62,485 nucleotides of DNA from Calcarisporiella thermophila CBS 279.70 (lineage: Eukaryota > Fungi > Calcarisporiellomycota): positions 10,181 through 72,665 of the forward strand of contig NW_027192211.1 in the NCBI RefSeq assembly GCF_041956535.1. Direction: 5' to 3'. The position numbers and the translations under genes are program-made. Under the pieces are notes generated by a model. That model saw nothing but the letters and a program-made list of their open reading frames with translations. It was not told the origin of the DNA and made no database searches. Within the stretch, counting starts at the first letter, position 1, and every line of letters starts with the position of its first letter. This document shows, in pieces, positions 1-12,204 of the stretch.

Positions 1-723
1 TGATATGATAGGTATATAAGCTGGTATAAATTCGGTATATAATTCTTGATGAGATGAAGAATGCAAAGCAAAAGTTTTCGAGAATTATTACTTAACAAAT
101 TTTTAAAAGATATATTAACAGTTGCAGATATTTCTGAAACCCTGATTCTACAATTTCTAAATCTAGTATGTCTGCTCAGGCTTGGAATCTCCCAAATCCA
201 TGTGAACCCCATGGCTTTATTAATTTTTGTGTATGTTTCGAAACATTGAGTAGTTTGCCGATGCCATATATCCATAATATATCCTTTTTCCTATATTAAT
301 CCAGTAAATAAAGCAAATAGGATGTGATCCTATAAACAAGAGCAAAAAATCGCGTAAAAAAGCTTTATGCATAAATAGATTAGAGAATGACGTTTGGGAT
401 ATAATAGCGGGGCTCTAAGAATTTGGAGTAAATTATTCTGGTAAAATCAGTAAAAGAATGCCGGTTGAATTTAGATGACCACATAACTTTGTTTTATTAG
501 AACTTTAGATAATATTATAGCTATTTGGTTTTATAACTTATTAATACTATATATGGTGTTTATATTACTACTTACTACTTTGATGTTAGATATTAGTCAT
601 AAAGTTGGATGACGGTAAAAGATTAAAACAATGGCCTTGCATTGTTTAAAGAAAAAAGAAAAAGGTGACAAGTTGAAATTCAGGGAGAACATAAATGAAA
701 ATTGTAAAGATTTGGATTACTGA

Positions 724-2061
724 TCAAATCTCGGCAGCCGAACCTGTATTTTCAAGCGTATTGTAAGCAAGGAGATTGACGGTGTCACCGTTGAAACCAG
801 TAATCTTATTTTTGTTGGCAACGCTACGAATATGATTTTTCATGGAGTTGGGATCAAGACTCATAGTGGTAAGAAATTGAGCAACCAAGCCAGCAACATG
901 AGGAGAGGCCATGGATGTGCCTGATATTTCTTTGGTATTACCGTCATTCCAAGTCGATAGAACTTTCACTCCTGGAGCAATGATAGATACACATTTGCCA
1001 AAGTTACTGAAGGAAGCCTTCTTATCGTCAATATCCGAAGCCGCCACAGAAATAACTTTTTCAGCTCCGGCAGGGGAATAATTACAAGCGTCTCTGTTAT
1101 CATTGCCTGCAGCAACAACCACGTGTAAACCAGCATCCACGGCGTTATTAACGGCGTCATTCAGAGCAGCTGTGGTGCGACCACCAAGAGACATATTGGC
1201 AACCGATTTGTTTTTTCCGTTGTTTTTTTGATCGTTTACTACCCAATCAACACCAGCAATAATATCACTTATAGTCCCGGATCCTCTATTATTTAGCACT
1301 TTCACTGCAACCAGATTGACTCTTTTTGCAACACCATAGGTCTTGGATCCGATAGTACCAGCAACATGGGTTCCGTGACCTTGACCATCGACGTCACCAT
1401 CACTGGTAAAAGTTTTGCCCCATCGAGCACGGCCTTCAAATTCGGGGTGATCCACATAAATTCCAGTATCGATAACGTAAGCTGTCACCCCCTGGCCGGC
1501 GTTGGCGTCATAGAGGTATTTATCTTGGCTGGTTTGATCGAGCTTTTCGCGATGAGATATGCGAGCGAGACCCCAGGGAGCTCCGGACTGTGTGTCAATA
1601 TTAATCCTCATTACTCCATCACGTTCAACATAAGCAACCTAAACAAATAAAATTCAGCTATATTGAGTATACATAGCAGATATCATTAGCAATATAGAAA
1701 TATTAACCGTAGGGTCAGATCGGATTTTCGCTAGAGTATCGTCATCAAATTTACCAGAGAAGCCCTTGAATGCGTTGAAGTTGTAATCATGCTTTATCCC
1801 CTCTTTGATTGCTTGATTGGTAATTTCGGCTTTTTCATCGAGCCCAGATTTATAGACTACGATATACGAACCATCAATTACCTGAACCCCTGTGGGTTCT
1901 TTAATTGGCGCTAGACTATCGGGTGACTCTGTAGTGTTGCTTGGTTTCTGAGCCTTTTCGGAGATAATGACTTTATTGTCATTCTTTCCAATTGGGCCTG
2001 CAATACTTCCGATGATCGCTGAGGCTGCCAATGCAATACTAAAAAATCGCTTTGTTAACAT
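724..2061 (-). CDS. Secreted subtilisin-like serine protease (S8A, proteinase K/Prb1 type) with I9 propeptide; 2 exons
   Basis: Signal peptide MLTKRFFSIALAASAIIGSIA; I9-like prodomain (YIVVYK..KHDYNFNAFKGFSGKF); GT-AG intron 1639-1707 joins DPT|VAYVERDGVMRIN; mature start APWGLARIS; catalytic motifs IDTG, HGTHVAG, GTSMASPHVAG. Confidence 0.96.
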
Positions 2062-3467
2062 AGTGGAAATAATATAAAACGAAAATAAGTTTCTTGTTTG
2101 AAAGCCTGGATATGAAGGAATCGTTGAAAGGACACGTTTGGTTTATTGATATTGCTTCATTTATAGTCTATTCCGCAGCCAAAATATGGCTGTATTGGTC
2201 ATTTAATTAAATTTTATTATCATTATACAACACATTAATACAAAAAGTTGTTTGTTCTCATATTAAAGCTAGAAAAAAAAAATACCTTTAGCACAAAATG
2301 ATGTACAAGTTATAAGTACAAGAGTAAACGATTTCGAGTGATCAGGGGTGCGGACGGAGTTACCTCTTTTTGGAAATATTCATACTCAAGAAAATTTTCA
2401 AGAGGAGATTTTATTCGATTTGCAATATGCTATACTACTTATCGTGGGAACGGAGCTATCCATACTCCTTGTAAGGCTTACCAGTGGAACATGAAATCGA
2501 GGTTAAATGGTGTATTAAGCCACAGTCTAACACTGACGCTTCTTGTCTCGTAAGCAACTCTCGTTTATCTCAAAGATTGGGGATGTTATTTCCCTTTCCG
2601 CAAATATTCATTTATATTATTTAATTAATCACACGATCGCCAGTAATGAGGGCTAGAAACTTGAGTGTTCGATGGTGATTCGCAAGCCATTGAGAAAAGT
2701 CTCTGGGGTATATTTCTTCAAAATTTCCTCATATATTCGCTAAATGATTGGTGCACGTTAAGGATGAGAAAAGTTAAAAATAAAACATATTAGGAAATAT
2801 AATAGTAATTCGACAATTAAGATCAAATTTATACTAATTGTATAGCCAAATAGTGCAAAAAGATATTATCTCGTAATTGGTACTATCATTTTCGCTGGTA
2901 TCTATTAGACATTAGATATAAAGCAGAATTTATGTATAATCCATTTAGAATTGAAATCCTGATCAACTTCCTATTGTAATATTAAAAACTCCCAATAAAA
3001 GCTTAGTAACCATTTGAGTTATTATATCTCGCATTGATATTCCTCCTCTTTGTTCTGCCAAGTAATTGATTGAGGAAACCACAAGGATATTTTGAAGGGG
3101 ACGAAAGATTTAAAAGGAAAAGCATAATTCAAGGATCTTTCTAAATGAACCAATTATCATGGTGTCTCTATTGTGTAAACACTTGCTTCCCAGCTCACAC
3201 AATCTTTATGCAAAGATAACGCCCCATTATTCTTATTTTATTTTTGTATGCTGTCGCCCATGTCCTCCTCCCATATCGAGCTTCTTTAAGAGAAAACGTG
3301 TGGATTAACAAAATTTTCGTTACGATTTCAGGCCACAGTCAGCCTCAGCAAATCACGCCCACCATATAAAAATAAAAATGTAAATATTTAAATGTTTATT
3401 CAGTCTCGTTTTTTTCCTCCTCCATTTCGGTTTCAAGTATTTTCTTTAACTTGGAGGAAAGCTAGTA

Positions 3468-4067
3468 ATGCTAGGAGATACACAGAATTGTTTAAATTAT
3501 CTCCATCTCTGCTCTGAGAGCGAAGAGATTTTCCCTAGTTATTATTTTGATGAAAATCTAGTCACTCCTTCGCTATTTTCGTTAAATCCTATGATATTTT
3601 CTATTTCTCAATTAGGCTTCACACCACATTTTCCTGCGGCTTCAACACTTCAGAATGCAGAACAACCTCACTTAGCAAGCAGTGAAGCAAAACTTATATC
3701 ATCGCTTTATCAGCCCGAGATTTCTTCTTGGCCACCATACTATAGAGACGTATCCTATTCTCACTTAGGATCGAACTCTCTTTTCTTCCCTCCTTCTTTA
3801 GAGACCTCTTTAGAACCTTCATTTAATCCTTGCTCCCAAAGCTATTCCTCAGCAGTTAGTTCACGTAAGCGAATACGTCTCACCTCGGAGCAACTTGCCA
3901 TTCTGCAGCAAATCTATGCAACTCATCCAATTCCCAATCGCCAATATCGCCATTTTATTGCCTACAATCTCAATCTCCCACTCAGCTCAGTAAAGAACTG
4001 GTTTCAAAATAGACGTGCGAAAGACAAGCTACTTGAGCGGAAGAAATACCAAGAGAGTTGCAAGTGA
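3468..4067 (+). CDS. Homeodomain transcription factor (intronless, C-terminal homeobox)
   Basis: RKRIRLTSEQLAILQQIYATHPIPNRQYRHFIAYNLNLPLSSVKNWFQNRRAKDK: canonical helix-3 WFQNRR with Q50; S/P-rich N-terminal region. Confidence 0.92.
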   Translation: MLGDTQNCLNYLHLCSESEEIFPSYYFDENLVTPSLFSLNPMIFSISQLGFTPHFPAASTLQNAEQPHLASSEAKLISSLYQPEISSWPPYYRDVSYSHLGSNSLFFPPSLETSLEPSFNPCSQSYSSAVSSRKRIRLTSEQLAILQQIYATHPIPNRQYRHFIAYNLNLPLSSVKNWFQNRRAKDKLLERKKYQESCK

Positions 4068-4872
4068 AAGGATAATGAAACAAGCAGTGCTAAAAGATCA
4101 AATCGTTACTCATGAATAGAGGGAGAATTGGACGCAATTTTTCTTCATAACCCAATAACCTTGACACCGAACCAGATATCAGTCTTCTCGGATGTTACGA
4201 TATTTTTATGAAATCAATAAATGAAATAGAGAAGCATGTATAAGTCTACGTTTTATGTATTTACTTGAGTTTCAATATAAATTTTTTTCTTTTTTCTTAA
4301 GCACCAGGCATTTTAATTTTGCACTGATACTTGGAACCGCTATGCTCCCCCTCCCAAAAAAAAATAACCAATGCGGATTTTAATGAAATATCCTTAATAT
4401 TGGACTTTGTCAGTCTACAAGTCAACAATATAAAAATATTAATATTTTACATTTTTATGTAAGCTACCCCTTCCGTAATTTTTAAAATATGAATTGCTCA
4501 AAAACAATTGAAATAATTCAACCGCTACAAAAATATAGTTGCGTTAAATGTTAATAATAAACTCTCCAATGCAATTTTATGAAACTTGCAGTAAATAAAT
4601 TGGATTTGTTTATGAGAATAATATTACAAGTTTGTTAATTATTGACCATTTAACCTGCAAAAGATGATAAATTCGAGCGTTGCGCGAGTGAAAGAATATT
4701 ATGGAATAGTTTATTATAAAATACTGATAATACTTTAGAATATTTATTGCAAAAATAATAGATAGATCAAAATATATATCTTATGTTAAATTCAGTAATA
4801 ATACTTCATTTAGTATATGGGTTAGTTATCTAATATAGTGCTTAGATTTATATACTGTAATGGCTTTTCCAC

Positions 4873-5403
4873 TTAGTTACTGAAATTTGAGGATTCAGAT
4901 TGGGCATCTAAAGTTGCCTTTGATGTTGCTCCCGCAAACGTACTTGAAACGATAGTCGTGCCCAGGCTTGAGCTAGGGATCGTAGTTGAGATAGCACTTG
5001 AAGTTACGTTCGGGTCTGCGCTCGGCTCGGAAGTTGGAAATATACTTGAGCAAGAGAGTGTACCCCCACTTAGGCTTATGTTTAGCTTTGTGCTAAGACT
5101 AGCTCTAGATGTTGCACTTGGGATTAAACTTGTGTTGGTGCTATTATTTGAACCTAAAGTTTCATTAAGTTTTGCGACTTGTGTCGTGCTTGGCTTTGCG
5201 CTCATCGTAACCTTTTGCTTTTTTCCTGGTTTTGCTCCAAGGCTTTTATCTGGGATCCCACCAGGAATAGAATCTGGAATAGAACTTGAAGCCGTACTTG
5301 GAACTGCGATTGACGCAGAAGCAGAAACACCCTGTTGCTCTATGGGCAGTGCCAGGATGATGGAAACAAGAGCCAAGACAGTAAGAATTGTGTAAGAATG
5401 CAT
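4873..5403 (-). CDS. Small secreted Ser/Thr-rich protein, probably an O-glycosylated cell-surface protein; function unknown
   Basis: Signal peptide MHSYTILTVLALVSIILA|LP; very S/T-rich; several NxS/T sequons; TATA-like element upstream. Confidence 0.75.
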   Translation of the reverse strand: MHSYTILTVLALVSIILALPIEQQGVSASASIAVPSTASSSIPDSIPGGIPDKSLGAKPGKKQKVTMSAKPSTTQVAKLNETLGSNNSTNTSLIPSATSRASLSTKLNISLSGGTLSCSSIFPTSEPSADPNVTSSAISTTIPSSSLGTTIVSSTFAGATSKATLDAQSESSNFSN

Positions 5404-7044
5404 GATTTCGAAGAATAATATAAATGATAGAATATATTGAATGAGGTCGTTGATAGATATATTTTTGAAATTTCAACGTGCATTTATACTCATTTTCAAT
5501 CTCAAAAATAAAGATGACCCTGCCTCCAATAATGAAACAAGATCAATAATGTGCTAGCAAAACTACTAGATGTTGTATTCTTACTAATAAATAAATTCTT
5601 TTTTATTTACTTTTCCTTGATCTCATCCATTGTACAAAGTAGGGACAGATCAGTGCAGCAAAAAGGTTATTCCCTTATTCGGTTTAAGAAACCTCATTAC
5701 CGTCAGCGAGATGATATTTAATAGAATCGTCTCTGGAAACATAAATTAATAAATATCACTCAGCCACAACGGGTTTAAGAAGTACAAATAAGAAAGAGCT
5801 TCGATCAGTGGTTTTCAGGAGACAATTATAATATATCGTGTTAATTATGGCTAGCGAATATCACTGGTAAGCTAATGATCAACTAAGGGTACAAGGGTTT
5901 AATATGCCCAACTTTTATCAAGTGAGCGTCCCGATACGCAAAACTGTGTGTAAAAAAAGCAAGAACTATAGCTAAAAGGAAAGTGCCCCAAAAAATTCTT
6001 TTGACGTCCATTTCCAATGCACCATACGCGTTTCCCTGCTTATTTTTCTAACCCATGATCTTATTACCAGTTACATATTCAGCAAAGCAACACATATCCA
6101 TTTTTTGTGAAGCGCATATTTTCAAATATGCGCATTTTTTTCCTACAAGTTTAGTATTTGCGTTAGCCAGGTAATTAAATACCGGAGAAAAAGAAAATGG
6201 CTACTCGGGAGAATAGAATGAATTGCAAGAAATACACAGCAATGAGATTGTTTGATGTTATAAGTGCTATGCTAATAAAAAAAAACATTTACTGTTTTGC
6301 ATAATAAAATGAATTCAAAAGCTCTTTCGGTTGCAATCTTATAATTTCCATCGATCCTCAAACCGAAAATGAAATAACTAAATTATATTAAAATCCTATT
6401 ACTAAACTATCTAATAGAATTTTCCTACACAATATACCTACTTAAATATTAACTTCTGCAAATATTGATTGTGAATATGACTACCCTAATGATAACTTTA
6501 GGTAACCAAAGATAATCTAAGGGGAATCAAAATCTAAGTCACAAATGATGTCAGGTAGAAGTGAAGGCTTGTTTGATGATTGGGAGAAAATATATTAATG
6601 CGAAACTGTACAAATTATTAATCGTAAATATAGTTCACCTGGTTCTCACCATGATTTCATATTTAGATATGATAACCGTCTGAGTATGTGTTGTTCCATT
6701 GTCAGATACGATCCATTCTTAGATAAAACCAACTTACCAACTTACGACGAGCCCTTCTGCTTGCTAACAATACAGTATATAACACATGGTCTTGCTTTAT
6801 TTTAAATAACCTGAAGCGGTTTTCATTTTAACCAAACCAAACTATGACCATCTTTGGTATCAATGTGGGAAAGAGATATGGAGTGCGAAAAGAATTATTG
6901 TAATAGTTTTACTACACCTATACAAAGTCAGTTGGGATTTATACAATGTAGTGGCTTTTTGAATAGTAGCCAACGAAAATTGAAAAAATTACAATGAATC
7001 AACCTCTTTTGAGGTTTTGCTAGAATCCAGCACGCAATACGTCC

Positions 7045-8197
7045 TCAAAACCAGCTTGAAATTACAATCCACCCAATTATGGGCAGAGCTATGCTTTTTA
7101 CATTCAATGGTATGATCTTATTACCTGGCGAGCTTGATTTACTTGTGGTATTAGCCGATAGCACGCCGTCTATCACATGTATGACTCCGTTAGTTGTCAA
7201 AACGTTTTTCCTTACGATTCGTACTGTTGACGACCCATCTGATAAAGTGGGCACACCAGTTGAATTACTGAACGTCAGTTTTACGCCTTGACTATTAGTC
7301 AGAGTTTGGTTGGTGAAGTTATTGGAATAGACCACTTGGTTAAAAATGTGGCGCTTGAGAACGTCAGAAGCATTATTTGAATTCGAGAGTGCCTCGTCAC
7401 TAGGAGAAAGATATTCGATAAATATAAAGAGTAAAAGAAGGAATAAATCGACCCTACTTTGGAGCAAATATTGTGATTCCCTGCATATTATCGGGGTTAG
7501 GCTGCGTCGTATTAAACGCGGTCGCCAATTTAGTGAGCCCTATTTTCCGTGCCACCTCTGAGGGCGCCCCAGGGATCCTCAGTACTCTGTCAATAATATG
7601 CAACACTCCATTTGAAGCCCTGATATTCCCTTTTGTAATGGTAGCGTTTCCAACACCATATGAAACGCTCACAGCTGTACCCGCTTTATTAGCTATCAAC
7701 ACCTGGTGCTCATTATTCGGGAGGTTTACGGCACCCTGTGCTCCAAGGTTAGTTTTAATTGGATAGTCTGAAACAAAATGATCCGTGGTGAGTATGCCAT
7801 CAACAATGTGATAGTATAACATGTTGGAGATAACACTGGTGTCAAAGCCAATATCGAGTGCACCCGTCACTGCGACATTAGAGGGAGCGCTATAACATAT
7901 TAGAAGAGTATAAGTAAAACAAAGAGGTAACCGTAGGGACATTAAGAAATAAGATAAATACAATATGGTTATTTGAGAATTGGGATCGCGAAGACGTGCT
8001 CGAATAGGATTTAGCTGTGCTGCAGCGAAAGAAAACGCCTTGGCAATCAGGAAGAGTTCAGGTTCCATTAAAATAATGGCTTCCAAAGTGTCATTTTTTG
8101 GTCCCTGCTGTTTCTGAGGGCGATGATGCATCGGAAGTCTCTGAGCACTCGAATATGCAAGCAAGGCAACTAAAATAAAAATGACGAAGAACCTCAT
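7045..8197 (-). CDS. Fasciclin (two FAS1 domains) secreted protein, probably GPI-anchored; 3 exons
   Basis: Signal peptide; introns 7890-7961 and 7400-7457 restore ITIFAPSN and ITIFAPNDEA (FAS1 H1); YHIV; ASNGVLHIIDRVL and TTNGVIHVIDGVL (H2); Ser-rich spacer then hydrophobic C-terminus. Confidence 0.93.
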
Positions 8198-8378
8198 CGT
8201 GGGGTAGAGTGAAAAGGAGATTTTAATTACAAGAAGAACAGCAGCAGGTACAACTTATATTAGGATGGAGAATATTTCGGGCTATTAAATTTTTAACTAT
8301 TTAGAAACTATATAATGTGTGGCTTAGATACAGTTAAAAATAACGACATCGTCGAATAGAGTATTAACTCAAGCAACA

Positions 8379-9664
8379 ATGACATTGCCTCTAAAGCATT
8401 TTGCAAGGACATCACTCACATCGCGCCCATTTATCCTCCGTTTTCCAAGAAATTTCGCTAGCACTACCTCTAGCGATCCACCTGCTCGCAGTGAGACGTC
8501 ATCAAAGAATCCACTGGATTCAATAGAAAAGTCATCGAATTCCATTGACAAATTTTTTCCTCTGAGCTACACCAATAGTAGTCAACTACTTCGGCGCGTC
8601 AGAGAATTAACGGCAGATATCAAAGATCCCAAGGAAGCTGCTAGCGTTTTTGCGCGGCTATTTAATGAGATTACCGGATATGATCGCATTGATCATCTGA
8701 AAAAAGAAGTATCTAATCAAGGTTTAGTACACATGTTATCCGTTTTGACAAGTCTGGAGACGTATTAATAATCCAACTTATCTATCTTAAAATTCATGTA
8801 GCTGAGAATTTTGTTAGGGCACGCCAAGCTCTTAGAGAAGCCAAGACAAATTATGACTCGAAAATAACTTCTCGCATCGACACTCAGCGTGAAATTAACG
8901 AACTCCTACAACGGAAACACAACTGGACCAATGAGGACGTTAATCGATTCACACAACTCTACCGAAATGATCATGCTAACGAACAAGACGAACAGGATGC
9001 CAAGCTTCACTTCAAGAACTGCGAAAATGAGGTTGATACTGCTTATACCCAATTAACGCGATCGATCATGGACCGTTACCATGAAGAGCAATTATGGAGC
9101 GATAAAATACGAGCAGCTTCCACTTATGGGACCATTGCACTGATGGCGCTGAATTTGCTGCTATTCATGGCTGTTCAAACAATATTTGAGCCATGGAAGC
9201 GGAAGAGGCTGGCCGGAAATTTCGAGGATTTATTGGTGAAAACAGTCGAGGACGGGAAGGAACGCCTCGAACCTGTGATAAAGGCATTTGAGCAGCAAAC
9301 AGAGAAAATAGAAGCTCTATCTCAGGGCCAAGAGGCATTACTGGCTGCGACTGGTATCTATATGGATAGCAAAGCGCGAGATTCCAGCGAAATATTTGGT
9401 GATAGTGGATTAGAGCCAAAGGAACAGGACCAGGAGCAAGAACAGGCAAGCGACGAATTGTTAGTGAATGAGAATGAAAAGGGAACCATGCTCAGCATGA
9501 AGACTGGAAACACAGATGACACCTTTAACCCTGCATTTGAAAAAAGTTTATTGAGTGACAAAATCACATTAACAAAGGGTGATCTTTTATTATATTCGGC
9601 GGAAAGCGCGGCGGTGGGTAGTGTGCTCACTGCTGTTGTTGCCTACTTTCTGTGGAGGGGATGA
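8379..9664 (+). CDS. SHE9: Mitochondrial inner-membrane She9/Mdm33 family protein; 2 exons
   Basis: Arg/Ser-rich presequence; NEITGYDRIDHLK; intron 8722-8801; QREINELLQRKHNW; YHEEQLWSDKIRAASTYGT..LLF..FEPWKRKRL. Confidence 0.93.
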
Positions 9665-10551
9665 TAGGTCTTGGTTTATTTATTCATACCATATATCGCA
9701 AACAGTTGGATATACTTTGATTATAGATTGTATTTATTGAAACCCCCACCATATATAAAATTCAAGTTTTGACTTGCAATCTGTAGGGAGCAAAAGTAGC
9801 CTTTTATCATCCACAATCAATCGCTAGCTGAAAAATCGACTATGCATATCTACATTTTATTTTTATTCATCATAAGTACTTGAGTGGCACACCAAATTGA
9901 AGCAGCTAGTTAGGAGAGTTAAATGTATGTACCTTAAGCATGCAAAACATCGTAAGGGTTGGTTAAGACGAGTATTTTGATTGTACACATGCTAGTACGA
10001 ACATAACTCCATGTCGGATTTATAACGGCTACTAAATACAGATAGTAATGAACCATCAAATAGTTCACAATTGAATCTGGAGATTTGAAGACAGAATCGT
10101 AACTTCATGATTCCTTAATATTTAGTAAACCTCGGAAGTAATAAATGTCTTCTTTCCATTTTCTTTTTGGAGTTTCGATTTTGGAGTCTTATATTTAGAT
10201 TCATCTCGAAACAACTGGGGTCTTCAGGTTTGGAGGTATCTAAGGAAGTCTCACAAGGGCTCATTCTTAAGTGTATGTCAATCATTTATCCAAATCTGTT
10301 AAAATTTTTAAATCTTAGTCCAATCCCGACTCGATTTTATCCAGTTTCGAGTCCTAGTAATTCGCCTTTATTTTAGCCTCGGCGAGTTTAATATACTAGA
10401 CCGAGAGTGACCTTGAAACCTTATTCCCTTTATGAATCCTTGATATATATTTGCATTCTATTCCACAAATATAAATAGCGGTTTAACTGCTAGCTGGATT
10501 CGACATCCATTCTCATAATCACTGTATTCTGCAGCACTTCCTCCTAAAAAA

Positions 10552-11106
10552 ATGGTGTCCCTTACCTTTACTCTTTCCGCGTTTTGTCTCATTTCCTCCT
10601 TGGCACTCGCGAATGCCGGATGTAATCTCAGTCGTGATCCAAATGAGTCTTTTGAAATAAGCACATGCTCTATTGAAGAGCTGACAGAGTTCTTTACCGA
10701 ATCGGAAGTCGGAAATATGCCTCCATATGGCTCCGAGTGCGAGAGAAGCGAAATGAGGTTTTGCAAAAAAGGCGAGTGTGAGGATGCTGACCCCATGTCT
10801 TTAGCCTTAGCAGCATTCTTTCTTGAACCTTGGAAGCTTGCGAAGTTCTATACTCGCGAAAAAGGGGGACCAGCCAAGTTCACTTTCAAAAATGGCCTAA
10901 GCATACCAGGAAAATTCGACTTTGCGACCTATCCTTTCGATAATAAAAAGGCGATCCGAGGCAGCATCCCAATAATTAATTTCGCACATACATACGGTCG
11001 AGAGATTTATCCTGGGCTATATTTTGGAACCGGTTCGACGAATTCCAACTATAATCCCGGCGGATTCTGGGTGTGTAAATTAAAAGAAGACGATTCTTCT
11101 AAATGA
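10552..11106 (+). CDS. Small secreted Cys-containing protein, intronless, function unknown
   Basis: 184-aa ORF with signal peptide (MVSLTFTLSAFCLISSLALA), six mature-region Cys; TATA-like TATAAATA near 10470. Confidence 0.8.
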   Translation: MVSLTFTLSAFCLISSLALANAGCNLSRDPNESFEISTCSIEELTEFFTESEVGNMPPYGSECERSEMRFCKKGECEDADPMSLALAAFFLEPWKLAKFYTREKGGPAKFTFKNGLSIPGKFDFATYPFDNKKAIRGSIPIINFAHTYGREIYPGLYFGTGSTNSNYNPGGFWVCKLKEDDSSK

Positions 11107-12204
11107 TTAATATACTCTTACCGATAGACAATATTATTTTTCAAAGTGAAATTTGTATTTGTATTTTTGTTCTCTTATGATCAAGGTTAGATTCACACTC
11201 ATTTGTAACAATCATTGGCATAAATTATAGAATAAACAAACATTTTTTAAGATGACCCCGTTTTGAAAGCGAATATTATTTACCACTGGCTAGGTGTCTT
11301 GCGGGATTCAACCGACGAAAAGTAGTGGCACATGGTCTTGACCTGGGACTCGATTCTTATTCTATTAACTTCTTCCTCTATAGGAACCAATTGTTTCCAC
11401 CGAAATGGTAGATATTTACTAACGTGCATCCCAACACTTAATTTCAATGCTAGGGGTATTTACTAACGTACCGTTATGCAGCGCATTGGCACCAGATGGT
11501 TCTATTTCATATACTTATTCCGTTTAGGGTCGATTGGATCTCTCTTTTCTAGTGTTTTGCAGTGGCTGAGTGCAAGTCTGGAGCGGCGTATAAATCTCGA
11601 TTTTAACCGTATAATATATCCATATTTACGGTCTTAAGAGCAAATTAAATTATTGCTTAGGAGAAAAAGAGCCTGGACTGTACTTTCTTAGAGATGACAG
11701 CTCAAGCTGTTTGTCTGGTAAAGTATTTTATGCTTGAAGGGAGGGCCAACACATGCCTGCCCATTTCACTTACGAAGAACTTGGCCTTGGTTGACGACCT
11801 CGCACTTAAGATCAAAATTTAATTAACGCATCCTGTACGATGAGCTGTAGCACACAAGCACAGGATCAAACCATTTCTATCTAAACCACGCTTACGAGAA
11901 AAAAAAAGTCTTGAGCGAGTCAATAAATCCTTATTTATTCATATTGCGCTCCTACGTTTTACCCCACTCACCCCGCTCTTGCTCGCCCACAGTTCCCACC
12001 TGGCAACCCCCGCCGAGGTGTCTTTTGCATTCCTTGGGTTCTCATTCACTTCCTCGAGCATCTTCTCATCTCCCACATTATGTTCACGAATTACTGTCCT
12101 CATTGATGCATGCTGTATGTTCTTCATTTTATATTTAGTCCATCTCGTTAAATTCACGTGCTCCCTCTCCACCTACACTCTTCCATACCATATACACAAA
12201 ATTT

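Noticed and set aside
1-275. Open frames at the window start (61..249 on +; a minus-strand frame running off the edge)
   Set aside because: No recognisable motif, AT-rich, cannot be evaluated at the window edge
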